Source: Octopus sinensis (Eukaryota). From it: a stretch of 64,000 bases of DNA. Shown here one piece after another: positions 36,659 to 50,329 of this stretch. Both the position numbers and the translations under genes were made by a program. The notes under the pieces are model-generated. The model ran no database searches. It was not told where the DNA came from and worked only from the letters and a program-made list of their open reading frames with translations. The stretch lies in NCBI RefSeq assembly GCF_006345805.1, contig NC_043003.1, positions 105,090,001-105,154,000 on the forward strand, in the 5' to 3' direction. Numbering within the stretch: position 1 is the first letter of the stretch; every line of letters starts with the position of its first letter.

Positions 36659-37361
36659 ATGTCTGTTTATATCGACAAAAACGAAAACGAGATATAGGTC
36701 ACCCCCCACCCCCGCGCTTCCCTTAATCGACCCCTTTGTCTATTGGTTTCATCTACCGTTTCCTAGTCACTCTGGTGATTTATGTCTATTTATTATATTT
36801 GACATTTGTTTTTTGTCTGTCTAAAACTGTGCATGTCTAAAAGAATGCTTGTTCAACAACATTTGTTTACAGGACTGTGAACTGGTTCATGTTTGTACAT
36901 GCATCCCGATGTTTGTATGGTGGGGTATTAATATATGTTCATATCTAGCCACTTATGTATACGAGTGTTTGTGTGCGTGTGTGCACATGATTGTGTGTCT
37001 GTATGTACAAATATGCATATACGTATACACACACACATAATATACAGCAATACCACACCTTACGAGACACCTGGTTTACGAGTTTTATTTTTCTAGGACA
37101 AGATCCAAATTTTGAACGAAGTGTATAAGTTTCTACTACCATGACAAATACTTATGAATGTTACCGAGAAATTTATAGGTAGCGATGAAAAACTTCTACC
37201 AAGCACACAACACTAGGCTTGTTTTTTTAAAAAGAAATCTGCAAGTCCGTCTACGAGTGCTTGTGAATCGGCGATCGCCTTTACAAGTGATGGTGTGCGC
37301 GAGTCTAGTGCGAGTGAAAGTGATTCAGAAAAGGATTATAATGTTTTTTTAAAATTATATA

Positions 37362-37780
37362 TAGGCGCAGGAGTGGCTGTGTGGCAAGTAGCTTGCTTAC
37401 CAACCACATAGTTCTGGGTTCAGTCTCATTACGTGGCACATTGGGCAAGTATCTTCCACTATAGCCTCAGGCCGACCAAAGCCTTGTGAGTGTATTTGGT
37501 AGACGGAAACTGAAAGAAGCCCGTTGTATATATATATGTGTGTGTGTATGTATGTGTGTGGTGTGTGTGTGTGTCTGTGTTGTCCCCCCACCACCACCAT
37601 TGCTTGACAACCGATGTTGGTGTGTTCACGTCCCCGTAACTTAGCAGTTCAGAAAAAGAGACCGATAGAACAAGTACTAGGCTTATAAAGAATAAGTCCT
37701 GGAGTTGACTTGTTCGACTAAAGGCAGTGCTCCAGCATGGCCGCAGTCAAATGACTGAAACAAACGAAAGAATAAAAGAA
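37362..37780 (+). mobile_element. SINE family A
   Basis: Full match. Confidence 0.9.
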
Positions 37781-38140
37781 GACGATCTTGACATTCTTTT
37801 TACTTTACATAAAATATTCTTTACATTCTACTCTTGTTTTATTGCAATTTATAATAATAATAATAATAATATAATGAAACTATTGTATACAGTGCTCAGG
37901 TGCACCACAACTTGTCAAAAGTGTATATAAAGCATATGCAGTTAATGTACAAATGTCTGGGAAGTGAACAGTGTTTGAGTCAGATACATGCTTGCGTGTG
38001 TATGGAGGGGAGAAATTACGAGTATTATAAATTTTATTGGTTAAATATTTTTCTGGTAACAAATTACAATTTATAACATTGCTATTATGAGAAATTATTA
38101 CTCTGCTTTATGGGAATTAATTAACCCATATATCGATATA

Positions 38141-38559
38141 CTCTTTACTCTTTTTACTCTTTTACTTGTTTCAGTCATTTGACTGCGGCCATGCTGGAGC
38201 ACCGCCTTTAGTCGATCAAATCGACCCCGGGACTTATTCTTTGTAACCCAGTACTTATTCTATCGGTCTCTTTTGCCGAACTGCTAAGTGATGGGGACGT
38301 AAACACACCAGCAGCGGTTGTCAAGCAATGCTAGGGGGACAAACACAGACACACAAAACACACACATACACATATACATATATATACATATATACGACAG
38401 GCTTCTTTCAGTTTTCCGTCTACCAAATCCACTCACAAGGCATTGGTCGGTCCGGGGCTATAGCAGAAGACACTTGCTCAAGATGCCACGCAATGGGACT
38501 GAACCCGCAACCATGTGGTTGGTTAGTCAACTACTACCACACAGCCACTCCTGCGCCTA
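38141..38559 (-). mobile_element. SINE family A
   Basis: Full reverse complement match. Confidence 0.9.
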
Positions 38560-38574
38560 TTCGTTGTGTCTCTA

Positions 38575-38980
<406 letters not shown>

Positions 38981-39223
38981 TGATGAGAGAAACGGAAATA
39001 AATTTGGTACGAATAGATTCATATAACCAATCCTTTTCTATTCATCTCATCATCAATCTAAACTAAACAACCACTGCAGAATTCCTGATGCAGTGAAAAT
39101 GATAATTGTTGATGCATCAGGTAGCCCAACCAGTGAATGTGCTTTAATCGGCATACTACTAACCATAAACCCAAAGTCCAAATAATTACTATATATATGA
39201 TATATATATATATATTTTTTTTA

Positions 39224-39523
39224 AAATTTATTATATAGAAGGGGGAGCTTCTACAGGACTAGAAACTGTTTCATTCAGAGAAATCTCAGGAAGCTAGTTA
39301 ACAAGAATTGTATTGCATTTATACATTTAGGCAGGTTAAAGGGGTGTTGTTGGGGGACTTTTTTGGGGTAGGCATATCGCAAAAAATCATCCTTGGGGGA
39401 GTGGTCAAGGGTCAGTGTTAAATTAGATAGGGATAAATAAAAATAAAAATAATAAAAAATAAAAAATAAAAAATAAAAAAATATGAAAAAAAATAAAAAA
39501 TAAAAATAAAGAAATATATATAT

Positions 39524-39570
<47 letters not shown>

Positions 39571-40416
39571 GGGAATAGAGTTTTAGGTAAATAAGGAGAT
39601 TCTCACTTATACCTCTACACATACACACATATATACACACTCACACATACATTACATATCTACACATACACATATATATGTATACATACACATACTCACT
39701 TGCATACACGTATACACACATGTATATATACACACGCGACCACCACATATATACACACAGAAAAATATATATACACACACATACACACACATACTCCATA
39801 CACGCATACACACACAAATCCATACCACACAATGCACACACAGCACACTAGTCCCTATATACACATATATACACATACCACATATATATAACACCCACAC
39901 ATACACATACATACACATATATATACATACATCACATACATATACACATATTATATAACATACACAATATTATATATATATATACACATAATATACATAT
40001 GTGTACCCATGCATACCTACACATACACACATATATATATACATATACAAATACGACCCATTCCCTAATTTTACTTTATTATCTTCGTTTATTACTTTTG
40101 TTATCTTTGGCCGCTTGGTCACAAACATCTTGGCTATGACAGCCAGACCATTTATCCGTCTACTGGAAAACAATTACTCATCACTCACGCACACTCTTTA
40201 GCACGTACACTCACTCATTCGTACACTCATACGCATACACGCACGCACGCGTTATATTCATACATACATACATCTACATACATTCACGTATATACACATA
40301 CGTACGCGTACCTACAGATTCATGTCTACACTCTATAAGGCTAGTCTATACATATACACCAATAAATATAAATACAACACACATACATGTACACCTACAT
40401 ACAATACATACATGAC

Positions 40417-40456
<40 letters not shown>

Positions 40457-40684
40457 TATAATATTATATATATTATATATATATATATATATCTATATAT
40501 ATATATATATATATATACGCGTACCTACAGATTCATGTCTACACTCTTATAAGGCTAGTCTATACATATACACCAATAAATATAAATAAACACACATACA
40601 TGTATGTGTTGTGTATTATATTTATGGTGTGTATATGTATAGACTAGCCTTATAAGAGTGTAGACATGAATCTGTAGGTACGCG

Positions 40685-40716
<32 letters not shown>

Positions 40717-41892
40717 GTTAAGTATGTATTGTATGTAGGTGTACATGTATGTTGTGTATTTATATTTATTGGTGTATATGTATAGACTAGCCTTCTAAGA
40801 GTGTAGACATGAATCTGTAGGTACGCGTACGTATGTTTAATACGTGAATGTATGTAGATGTATGTATGTATGAATATAACGCGTGGCGTGCGTGTTTGCG
40901 TATGAGTGTACGAATGAGTGAGTGTACGTGCTAAAGAGTGTGCGTGAGGGAATGAGTAATTGTTTTCCAGTAGAAGGGATAAATGGTCTGGCTGTCATAG
41001 CCAAGATGTTTGTGACCAAGCGGCCCAAAGATAACAAAAGTAATAAACGAAGATATAAATTAAAATTAGGGAATGGGTCTGTATTGTATATGTATATATA
41101 TAGTGTGTATGTGTAGGTATGCATGGGTACACATATGTATATATATGTGTATATATATATATTATATATGTGTATGTAATATATATGTGTATATGTATGT
41201 GTATGTATGTATATATATGTGTATGTATGTGTATGTGTGGTGTGTATATATGTGTGTATGTGTATATATGTGTATATAGGGACTAGTGTGCTGTGTGTGC
41301 ATGTGTGTGTATGGATTTGTGTGTGTATGCGTGTATGTGAGTATGTGTGTGTATGTGTGTGTATATATATTTTTCTGTGTGTATATGTATGTGTGGTCGC
41401 GTGTGTATATATACATGTGTGTATACGTGTATGCAAGTGAGTATGTGTATGTATACATATATTGTGTTGTGGTAGATATGTACATGTATGTGTGAGTGTG
41501 TATATATGTGTGTATGTGTAGAGGTATAAGTGAGAATCTCCTTATTTACCTAAAACTCTATTCCCCCCTTTTATATAATAATATATATATATATATATTT
41601 CTTTATTTTTATTTTTATTTTTTTAATATTTTTTTATTTTTATTTTTTATTTTTTATTTATTTTTATTTTTTTATTTATCCCTATCTAATTTAACACTGA
41701 CCCCTTGACCACTCCCCCAAGTATGATTTTTTGCGCTATGCCTACCCCCAAAAATCCCCCACCAACACCCCTTTAAACCTGCCTAAATGTTATAAATGCC
41801 AATACAATTCTTGTTAACTAGCTTCCTGAAGATTTCTCTTGAATGAAACAGTTCTAGTCCTGTAGAAGCTCCTTCTATATAATAATAAATTA
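39224..41892. repeat. About 2.7-kb spacerless inverted duplication centred at 40600/40601
   Basis: ACATACA|TGTATGT centre; the unique segment GGAGCTTCTACAGGACTAG (39244) returns as CTAGTCCTGTAGAAGCTCC (near 41855); many 1-nt indels between arms. Confidence 0.85.
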
Positions 41893-42539
41893 TTTACTCT
41901 GCTATGTATGGAGTACCTTATTTACTGTGGTTAACCCCGAATCAACCGGCTACATATATATATATTATTATATATATATATATATGTAGTGGACCTCTAG
42001 CATTAAATGAAAACCTTGTTATTATATCGATTATACTTGTTTTTATGGACCCAGTTGTGTATTAGAGGACCACTAAACATAGATCAATGATGCCTTGGGA
42101 TATGATGGAGGTTTGGAGGCCAGTCAGCATTGGTTCGGTTGCTAGGTGTCTATTCCACCAGAGTCCAATTATAATTTATGAATTTGTTTTGCAAGACTCC
42201 TCATGTGGATCCTGTGTTGAAACAGATATTGTTATATTTCAGGATGGTATTTATTTAATCTTTTTTATTTTGACCAAATAGCGTGTATGTGAGTATGTGT
42301 GTGTATGTGTGTGTATATATATTTTTCTGTGTGTATATGTATGTGTGGTCGCGTGTGTATATATACATGTGTGTATACGTGTATGCAAGTGAGTATGTGT
42401 ATGTATACATATATATGTGTATGTGTAGATATGTACATGTATGTGTGAGTGTGTATAATGTGTGTATGTGTAGAGGTATAAGTGAGAATCTCCTTATTTA
42501 CCTAAAACTCTATTCCCCCCTTTATATATATATATATAG

Positions 42540-42585
<46 letters not shown>

Positions 42586-42979
42586 TATTATTTCTTTATT
42601 TTTATTTTTTATTTTTTTTTTTATATTTTTTATTTTTTATTTTTTATTTATTTTTTATTTTTTATTTTTTTTTTTATTTATTTTTTATTTTTTATTTATC
42701 CTCCTATCTAATTTAACACTGACCCCTTGACCACTCCCCCAAGTATGATTTTTTGCGCTATGCCTACCCCCAAAAAAGTCCCCCCCCAACACCCCTTTAA
42801 ACCTGCCTAAATGTATAAATGCCAATACAATTCTTGTTAACTAGCTTCCTGAAGATTTCTCTTGAATGAAACAGTTCTAGTCCTGTAGAAGCTCCTTCTA
42901 TATAATAAATTAATTTTACTCTGCTATGTATTGAGTACCTTATTTACTGTGGTTAACCCCGAATCAACCCGGGACCTAC

Positions 42980-43011
<32 letters not shown>

Positions 43012-43305
43012 ACCTCTAGCATTAAATGAAAACCTTGTTATTATATCGAATTATACTTGTTTTTATGGACCCAGTTGTGTATTAGAGGACCACTAAACAT
43101 AGATCAATGATGCCTTGGGATATGATGGAGGTTTGGAGGCCAGTCAGCATTGGTTCGGTTTGCTAGATGTCTCTATTCCACCAGAGTCCAATTATAATTT
43201 ATGAATTTGTTTTGCAAGACTCCTCATGTGGAATCCTGTGTTGAAACAGATATTGTTATATTTCAGGATGGTCATTTATTTAATCTTTTTTATTTTGACC
43301 AAATA
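41329..43305. repeat. Direct tandem duplication of about 1 kb (41329-42280 and 42281-43305)
   Basis: Both units start GCGTGTATGTGAGTATG and end TTGACCAAATA. Confidence 0.88.
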
Positions 43306-44028
43306 AACACACGCACTATATATATATTCATTCTTCACTTCAGCTTTATTATTGATTTTATTTTAGAGTCCTAAAATAAGAACAGGATGTGTGACGAAAG
43401 ACTTCAGACAAAGGACACTAAAATAACAACAATAATAAAGTTGAAGTGAAGAACAAATGTGTTGTGCGTGTGTTTATTTGACAAACAAAAAAAAATTGCT
43501 ATTCCAAAATATAACAATACCTATTATAATTATTTTCATGAATGCCACTATGTATTCGAAGGAGCAATATATGCAGGGGCACCTTAACACAAGAGTGCGG
43601 GGCACACAAAATAGTCATTATTGCTCAATAAATATTCCACTGAAGAGTCAAATTATAAATGCAAGCAGACAAGGCCACATCGAGTAATGGGAAAAAAAGA
43701 AAAACTTGCACCAGTTTGTTTATTGTTGGTAAATGGTTTATTTTTATGCATTCAACTGCATGTTTGAAGGACTATTGTGTAGAGTGAGTGTCATCTAAAT
43801 TAATACAAAACTTCTACTGTTTGTTACTTTATTTGTTGTTTTCTTGTTTCTTTATTTTGGAGCTGATGTGTTGCAGTCAGCAAAAGTATGTGTGTTTGTG
43901 TGCAATTTTTACACTCACTTTTCTCTGTGTAAATCTATGTATGATGTGTATTATTATAAGCATGTGTGCATGTGTGTGTGCCTGAGTTTTGTAGGCATAG
44001 GTGTGTGTATGTGTGTGTGTGTGTGTGT

Positions 44029-44105
<77 letters not shown>

Positions 44106-46245
44106 CTGCTAGTGTGTTCTTTTTGTTTTCTTCTTCATAAATGGCAACACCTCTTTTGTAAGTGCTAGTATAATAATGGGGTCTTAGTGAGGCACAAGGT
44201 TCAATATTTTAAAGGGGAGGCATTAGTCAATACCATCAACCCCAATACTTGATTGGTACTTCATTTTAGGATGACAGGTAAAGCTGACCTCGGCAGGATT
44301 TGAATTCAGAACATAAAGAACCAGAAGAAATACTACAAAGCATTTTCCCCGAATTCTTCTGTTTCGAGACTTATAACGGTCAGAGTCTAAGAAAAGTACA
44401 TAAGATGAGACATTTTCTTGTGATAGTCTAAAATCAAAGAACTCTCAAGCAGATAAACAGAATTTGGATTTTAGTATTGGTATTTATGTCATTCATACCT
44501 GGCCCAAATATTCTACCTGTTTTATGTTGAAATCTGTCCAGATCTGGCCTCTCACTTATCCTACTATAAACAATCACATCATTGAAATCTCAAAGCTATG
44601 AGATGTAGCATGATTAATTCAAAACAATATGAATAAATAAGCATTACATTTGACAGAGTAATCCGAATGCAAATGGGATTTAACACCCAATCTTTCCTAA
44701 AAGTTAAAGGCAGCACTGTATTAGAGCAATAGAGCATCTGGGGGAGGTGGGAATTCCATATGCTAGTTTTGCCACAAGGTAAGCCCAACACTACACACAC
44801 ACACACACACACACACAAATACATGTTCATGTGTTCTTGCCATTTTGGCATTGTGTGTGTGTGTGTGTCATCCTGTTTGTTTCCATTCTCACAAACTCAG
44901 GACATGAATAGCTTTCTGTGAACTATATACACTATAATATACACACACACACACGCATGCACGCACGCACGCACACACAACTTTGATTGCATTCAAAAAG
45001 AGGTCATTCAGATGAATGACCAAATATTCACCCATCAACAACTCAACAATTTTTAGCTACAGAAGTGCTGTATCATCTCCTTGCCTATTCTTTTCCATAC
45101 AACACACACACAGATAGCTTTATTTATTGCTGTCAGTGTGTGTGATCCATATAACTTTCATCAGGTGTCAATGGGCCTTTGTTTAATTAGCCATCATCCA
45201 CCTAACCATAAAAATAGCATTTTCCAAACCAAAATACTTTTTCTTCTTGTTTCCTTTATTGATTTGTTTTGCAGGACACTAGTCAGTAGTAAATTGACTT
45301 CAACATATTTGATCATTCAAGTGTTCAACCTAATTTGCTTGTTGGACACTGGTCAAGCAGAATTTACATTTTTTAATCTTTTATTTTTTACTTGTTCCAG
45401 TCATTGAACTGCAGCCATGCTGGGGTACTGTCTTTTGTTATTTTTTTTAAAGTCTCCATCACTAAGTTATGGAGAGGTAAACAAACCATCACTGGTTGTC
45501 AAGACCCTAATATCTAAGCATTGTCCAAGCCTAATTAAGTTATTTATGAATACCAAACAATACTTTCTCTACAGACTATGAACCCACAAATACTTTCCAC
45601 TTTACAAGAATGAAGGAGAATCCAGAATAACAAGACTAATATTATAAGAAATTCACAATTGAGCATAACATGTGTATTCCCATCATCAGCTGCCAAACAG
45701 ATATCACTATGATTTCAACATATATATGATGGGTTTCCTCAGTTTCCATCTATCAAATCACTCACAAGGCATTAGTCAGCTCAAGGCCATAGTGGAAGAC
45801 ACTTGCCTAAGGTGGTACACAACAATGGGACTGAACCTGAAACCACATGATAGCAAAATAAAAATCGAGCTTCGTAACCATACAACGATGCCTGCATGAC
45901 TTAAACAGAGGAGGAAATGCAGGATTCGTGACATTGTTCAGGGTATCGGAGAATGTTGAAAGGAAGTTTCCTGATAAATAAATTATTGGAAAGCAATGAA
46001 ACTGGTCATTTCAACCATCATCTCAAGCTGTTGAAAACTTTCCCTAAGGACCTAATTTCACAACAACAGTTAAATGCATATGGATATGGGAACTTAATTG
46101 ATTTATTCATAAACCAGTACTTCAGTAATTATATACAGTTCATTCCTTGAGCTAGTTTTCACTTCACTTAGTTAAAATACAAAGTTGGCATTCTACCTTA
46201 TTGTTTGTTGGCACTTGGCATAAGGTTACATACTAATTCACTCTC

Positions 46246-46286
<41 letters not shown>

Positions 46287-46907
46287 ATGGTACAGTCATT
46301 ACACGTTTTTATCTCTTACTATTGATTGTTCATATTGTTAGTGACAAATAATAGTAAACAATAAGTTTGAAGCAAATTCTCAGATGGTATGGAAAATGTT
46401 TCATCAAATTTCTCTCTCTCTCTCTCTTTCCTCTCACCTCTCTCTCTCGTTCTCTCTCACCTCTCTCTCTTTCTCTCTCACCTCTCTCTCCTCTCTCTCT
46501 CACACACACACACACATACATGCATGCACACACATCTGACTTATTTTTGCACTAATTTTCTCCTTGGTTCTCAGTTTCTATGAGAAAAACAGAAAGAAAA
46601 CAAAACATTTCTATATTGTATCAAAACCTTATTTAAATCACAAAAGCTGTTTACAGGATCACCTTTGTGGGAAATCAAAAATCACTGACCCACGTGGTAT
46701 GTATACTCTGAGAAATAGTAGCTAAATCTCCCTAAAATCACTTCCCACTGTCTTAAAAAATGGAGGGATACATTTTATAATGCATTCCTAGATTATACTA
46801 TGTATGAAAACAAAGCCAGAGGTTGTCACTGTTGGAGCACCTTTGATCAAAGGTCTGCTTGATTAGGGGTGACCTGTGGCTAAAAATCACAGCAATCAGA
46901 AACTTAC

Positions 46908-46957
46908 CATATGTAATGTAAAGGCCCATAACAAAATACTCCAAAGCAGATTCTGCC
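46908..46957 (-). other. Candidate 50-nt coding exon (unassigned, hydrophobic translations)
   Basis: Consensus donor ATG|GTAAGT, weak TAAG acceptor, all three frames open (QNLLWSILLWAFTLHM, GRICFGVFCYGPLHYI or AESALEYFVMGLYITY); no homology confirmed. Confidence 0.2.
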
Positions 46958-47356
46958 CTTAATAATAGGAGAATATAGTCCATGTAACCAACCCAGTATT
47001 TCAACTTTTTTATTGACCTCAAAAAGATCTTAAACCCAGTACATAACTTAATATAATGTACTCTGTCAACTTCCGTCTTTACCAATAATAGCTGCTATAT
47101 TGATTTCTAACGCTTATGTTATTATATTGATTTTTCCCAGCCTGTAATGATATTGATTTCTAACAGTGATTCAAGACTATATATTTTAAGGGGAGAGCTT
47201 GCTCAGACTCCAAGTACTTCATGGATATTTATTTTATAAACCACAAAGTTGACTCCCAATATAGGACAGGTTAAAAAACAAAATGACTTAATACCACAAC
47301 CATTGAAGCCAATTCTACCCTTAATGGTACCAGTATTATTTCTTTCTAATACATAG

Positions 47357-47940
47357 GTACAGGCGTGGCTGTGTGGTAAGAAGTTTGCTTCCCAACTACA
47401 TGGTTCTGGGTTCAGTCCCACTGTATGACACCTCAGACAAATGTCTTCTAGTATAGCCTTGGGTCAACCAAAGCCTTGTGAGTGGATTTGGCAGATGGGA
47501 ACTGAAAGAAGCTTGTCATGTGTATGTATGTATGTACAGGTACGTGTATATGTAATATATATATATATATATATATATGTACAGGGTGCATAAGATATTT
47601 GAGGACAGATTTGTTTATGAAAAAAACATAGGCGCAGACGTGGCTGTGTGGTAAGTAGCTTGCTTACCAACCACATGGTTCCGGTTTCATTCCCACTGTG
47701 TGGCACCTTGGGCAAGTGTCTTCTACTATAACCCCAGGCCAACCAAAGCCTTGTGAGTGAATTTGGTAGACAGAAACTGAAAGAAGCCTGTCGTATGTTT
47801 GTGTGTCTGTGTTCCCCCCCCCCCCTATATCGCTTGACAACCGATGCTGTTGTATTTGCATCCCTGTAACTTAGTGGTTCGGCAAAAGAGACCGATAGAA
47901 TTTGATTTGTTCAACTAAAGGTGGTGCTCCAGCATGGTCA
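47357..47940 (+). mobile_element. Two SINE family A copies (5' half, then near-full)
   Basis: Heads at about 47357 and 47630. Confidence 0.82.
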
Positions 47941-47959
47941 CAGTAATGGTTTTGGTGGG

Positions 47960-48750
47960 TTTTTAAAAGTTATAGTAGATGAGTCCAGCAGTACACCTCC
48001 ATAGAATCATCATTAACCTTCCTTTTGAAGATCTTGGGTTTAAGGAAGGTTTTTGGTGCTTCATTTTGGTCCACCCACTGCCAAGAACATTTTTCATTAT
48101 TGTACAGAATCCACTTTTCATCACAAGTTACAATACTGTCGAGAAATGGATCAGATTAGTTATAGAGAAGAAGTGACAAGCAAATTTCATATCTGCGCAT
48201 TTTCTGATTTTCATTCAAATCGTTTGGTATCAGTTTGTCAAGCATTTTGATTTTTCAATCACATGCAAATGGTTGTATTTTCTGGCTGACTTGAAGTTCT
48301 TTTGCCAGTTCTTGAGTGGTTTTATGTGGATCTTTCTCAATGAGGATCTTTAATTGACCATCATCGATGACAGATGGGTGTCTACTATGCTCACGATCAT
48401 CAAGGCTCAGGTCTCCACTGCAGAATTGTTTTAACCATTTTCGAGATGACCACTCACTGGTCTTTTCCTCACCAAACATTTCGTTGATATCGCAAGCAAT
48501 TTCAGTTGCTTTACGTCCTTTTTTGAAGTTGAATAGCAAAATTGCTCAAATATCGTGCTTTGACAGTTCAATTTCAGGTGATTGTAACAACAGTGAAAAA
48601 ATATCAATGTTAATTTATTGATGCATTTGGGTAAGTCTATGTCTGTATTATCAGACAATTGCAAAAACATGCTTAAAAAGAATTCAAAACTCTGCAAAAA
48701 TCCGGTACAAATTCTTCATGATTCAAAATGTTGTTTACTTTTTACTCAAC

Positions 48751-48754
<4 letters not shown>
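47960..48754 (-). pseudogene. 3'-truncated mariner (Tc1/mariner) transposon with decayed transposase and left TIR
   Basis: LFNFKKGRKATEIACDINEMFGE...GDLSLDDREHSRHPS (HTH region), LDKLIPNDLNENQK (WVPHEL-like), PFLDSIVTCDEKWILYNN (first catalytic D); TIR TA|TCAGGTTGAGTAAAAAGTAAACAA at 48731-48756. Confidence 0.9.
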
Positions 48755-48786
<32 letters not shown>

Positions 48787-48787
<1 letters not shown>

Positions 48788-48990
48788 TTTATTTAAAAGC
48801 AGCAGAAATATAACAAAACCTTTTACTCGGAGTTTCATGTTCCCATTCATCGGACAGTTTTGTTATATATATATAACAGCTTTTGTTATATTTCTGCTGC
48901 TTTTAAATAAAGCATATTACTCTACCTCTGGTATTTGAGTACTCTTTTTTCCACCTTGTTTCACATTTATGTGCTTACTCCGGTATATAT
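48787..48990 (-). mobile_element. Penelope-like terminal fragment with 32-bp inverted repeat, between (AT)n tracts
   Basis: 48787-48818 is the reverse complement of 48881-48912; contains a hammerhead-like motif. Confidence 0.55.
48820..48857 (-). ncRNA. Minimal hammerhead-like motif, CCGAUGA core
   Basis: CUGU-CCGAUGA-AUG-GGAA-CAU-GAAA-CUC-C-GAG-U-A-AAAG. Confidence 0.55.
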
Positions 48991-49878
48991 ATATATTTAG
49001 TGTTACTATTATGTTAAACTGTTGTATGTCCTAATTTGGTTATTTTTTAATATTTATTTTTGCTTGCAATAACCAGTTCTTTTGGTCAAATTATTGTATC
49101 TCCAACTGCTTCAGATGCCATGATATAAAAAATTATCAAAATATAGTACAATGGTTTTGCTATGGAATGGTGAAACTATTTCGTTTTCTGAAAAAACAAC
49201 ATTTTGGACTTACAACACTTTTGCATAATAGCAACTATATGTATATGTATATATGTATATATATATATTTACATACACATCCATTCACAATGCTTTCATT
49301 GCCCTGAGGCTTATAGTAGAAGATTAGAAGGAAAAGACACTGCTTATATGATGGTGACACTCATTTACAACAATCACACAGTGTCAAGTCAAGGTGACAC
49401 TAACGCACACACATTTATACACACACACATACACACACACACAAATGATGGGGTTCTTTCAGTTTCCATCTAATAAACTCCACTTATAAGCCTTTGGTTG
49501 GCCCAGGGCTATAGTAGAAAACATTTGCCCAAGGTACCACACAGTGGGACTGAACTTGAAACCATGTAGCTGGGAAGGAAACTTCTTAACACATTGCTAT
49601 GCCAGCCTCAATTCCTCAAAATTGTTCTGATTTTAAATTCTACAAGACTTGATTATGCCAGCTATATTCCTGGAGCTGATATGTAACAACAATATACTGA
49701 AAATTCAATGGACTAACTTATCCTTCCTCTGTAAATTTATAGCCTAGTACTAATTTGAGCCACTGTGAGAGCTGAGCCTCTGCATGGTTGCTGACCTGCT
49801 AGAAATATCAGCCAAGTCTCTCAAATCACACTGAACTGTCTTATATAAATGAGAACCCAGGTTCGAAATTTCCCCAAG

Positions 49879-49922
49879 ACACCTGATGAATGCTGGAGGG
49901 TACATCAGCCGAAATGTTGTGT
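49879..49922 (+). ncRNA. Minimal type I hammerhead-like motif with canonical core
   Basis: ACAC-CUGAUGA-A-UGCUG-GAGGGUACAU-CAGCC-GAAA-UGU-U-GUGU. Confidence 0.62.
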
Positions 49923-50329
49923 TAACAACAAACAAGACGAGGACAAATATCCGTCAAATGTAAATAATGTACATAATTCCTCATCTCTTAAATACAGAAC
50001 TGTAATACATGATTAATTCAAAACTATGTGAATAAATAAGCATTACATTTGATAGAGTAATTTGAATGCCAAATGGTTAAACAACAGCAAGTTAAGTTTC
50101 TTCTCTCCATCTGGATTATAAAGTCTTAGTATAAAAGGAGCAGTAAAAAAAATCTTTTAGTGACAAAACCATTATACGTTTAAAGAGAAACATTAACATA
50201 ACCCTTAAAAGGAATCAATACATATCGTTAATTTGGAGGAGTAAAGGGTGCACTAACCCTGACCTTTACAGTACTTTCCAAGACTAGAAAGATTGTTGCT
50301 GTTGGTGTTTAGCTGAAGATTTATAGGTC

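Noticed and set aside
39641-42579. Many HT/YI/CV-rich ORFs
   Set aside because: (CA)/(TA) low-complexity sequence inside duplicated segments.
45275-45360. Strong polypyrimidine acceptor TTTTGCAG at 45274
   Set aside because: No good donor follows, two frames stop at once, and it does not continue the LIM domain.
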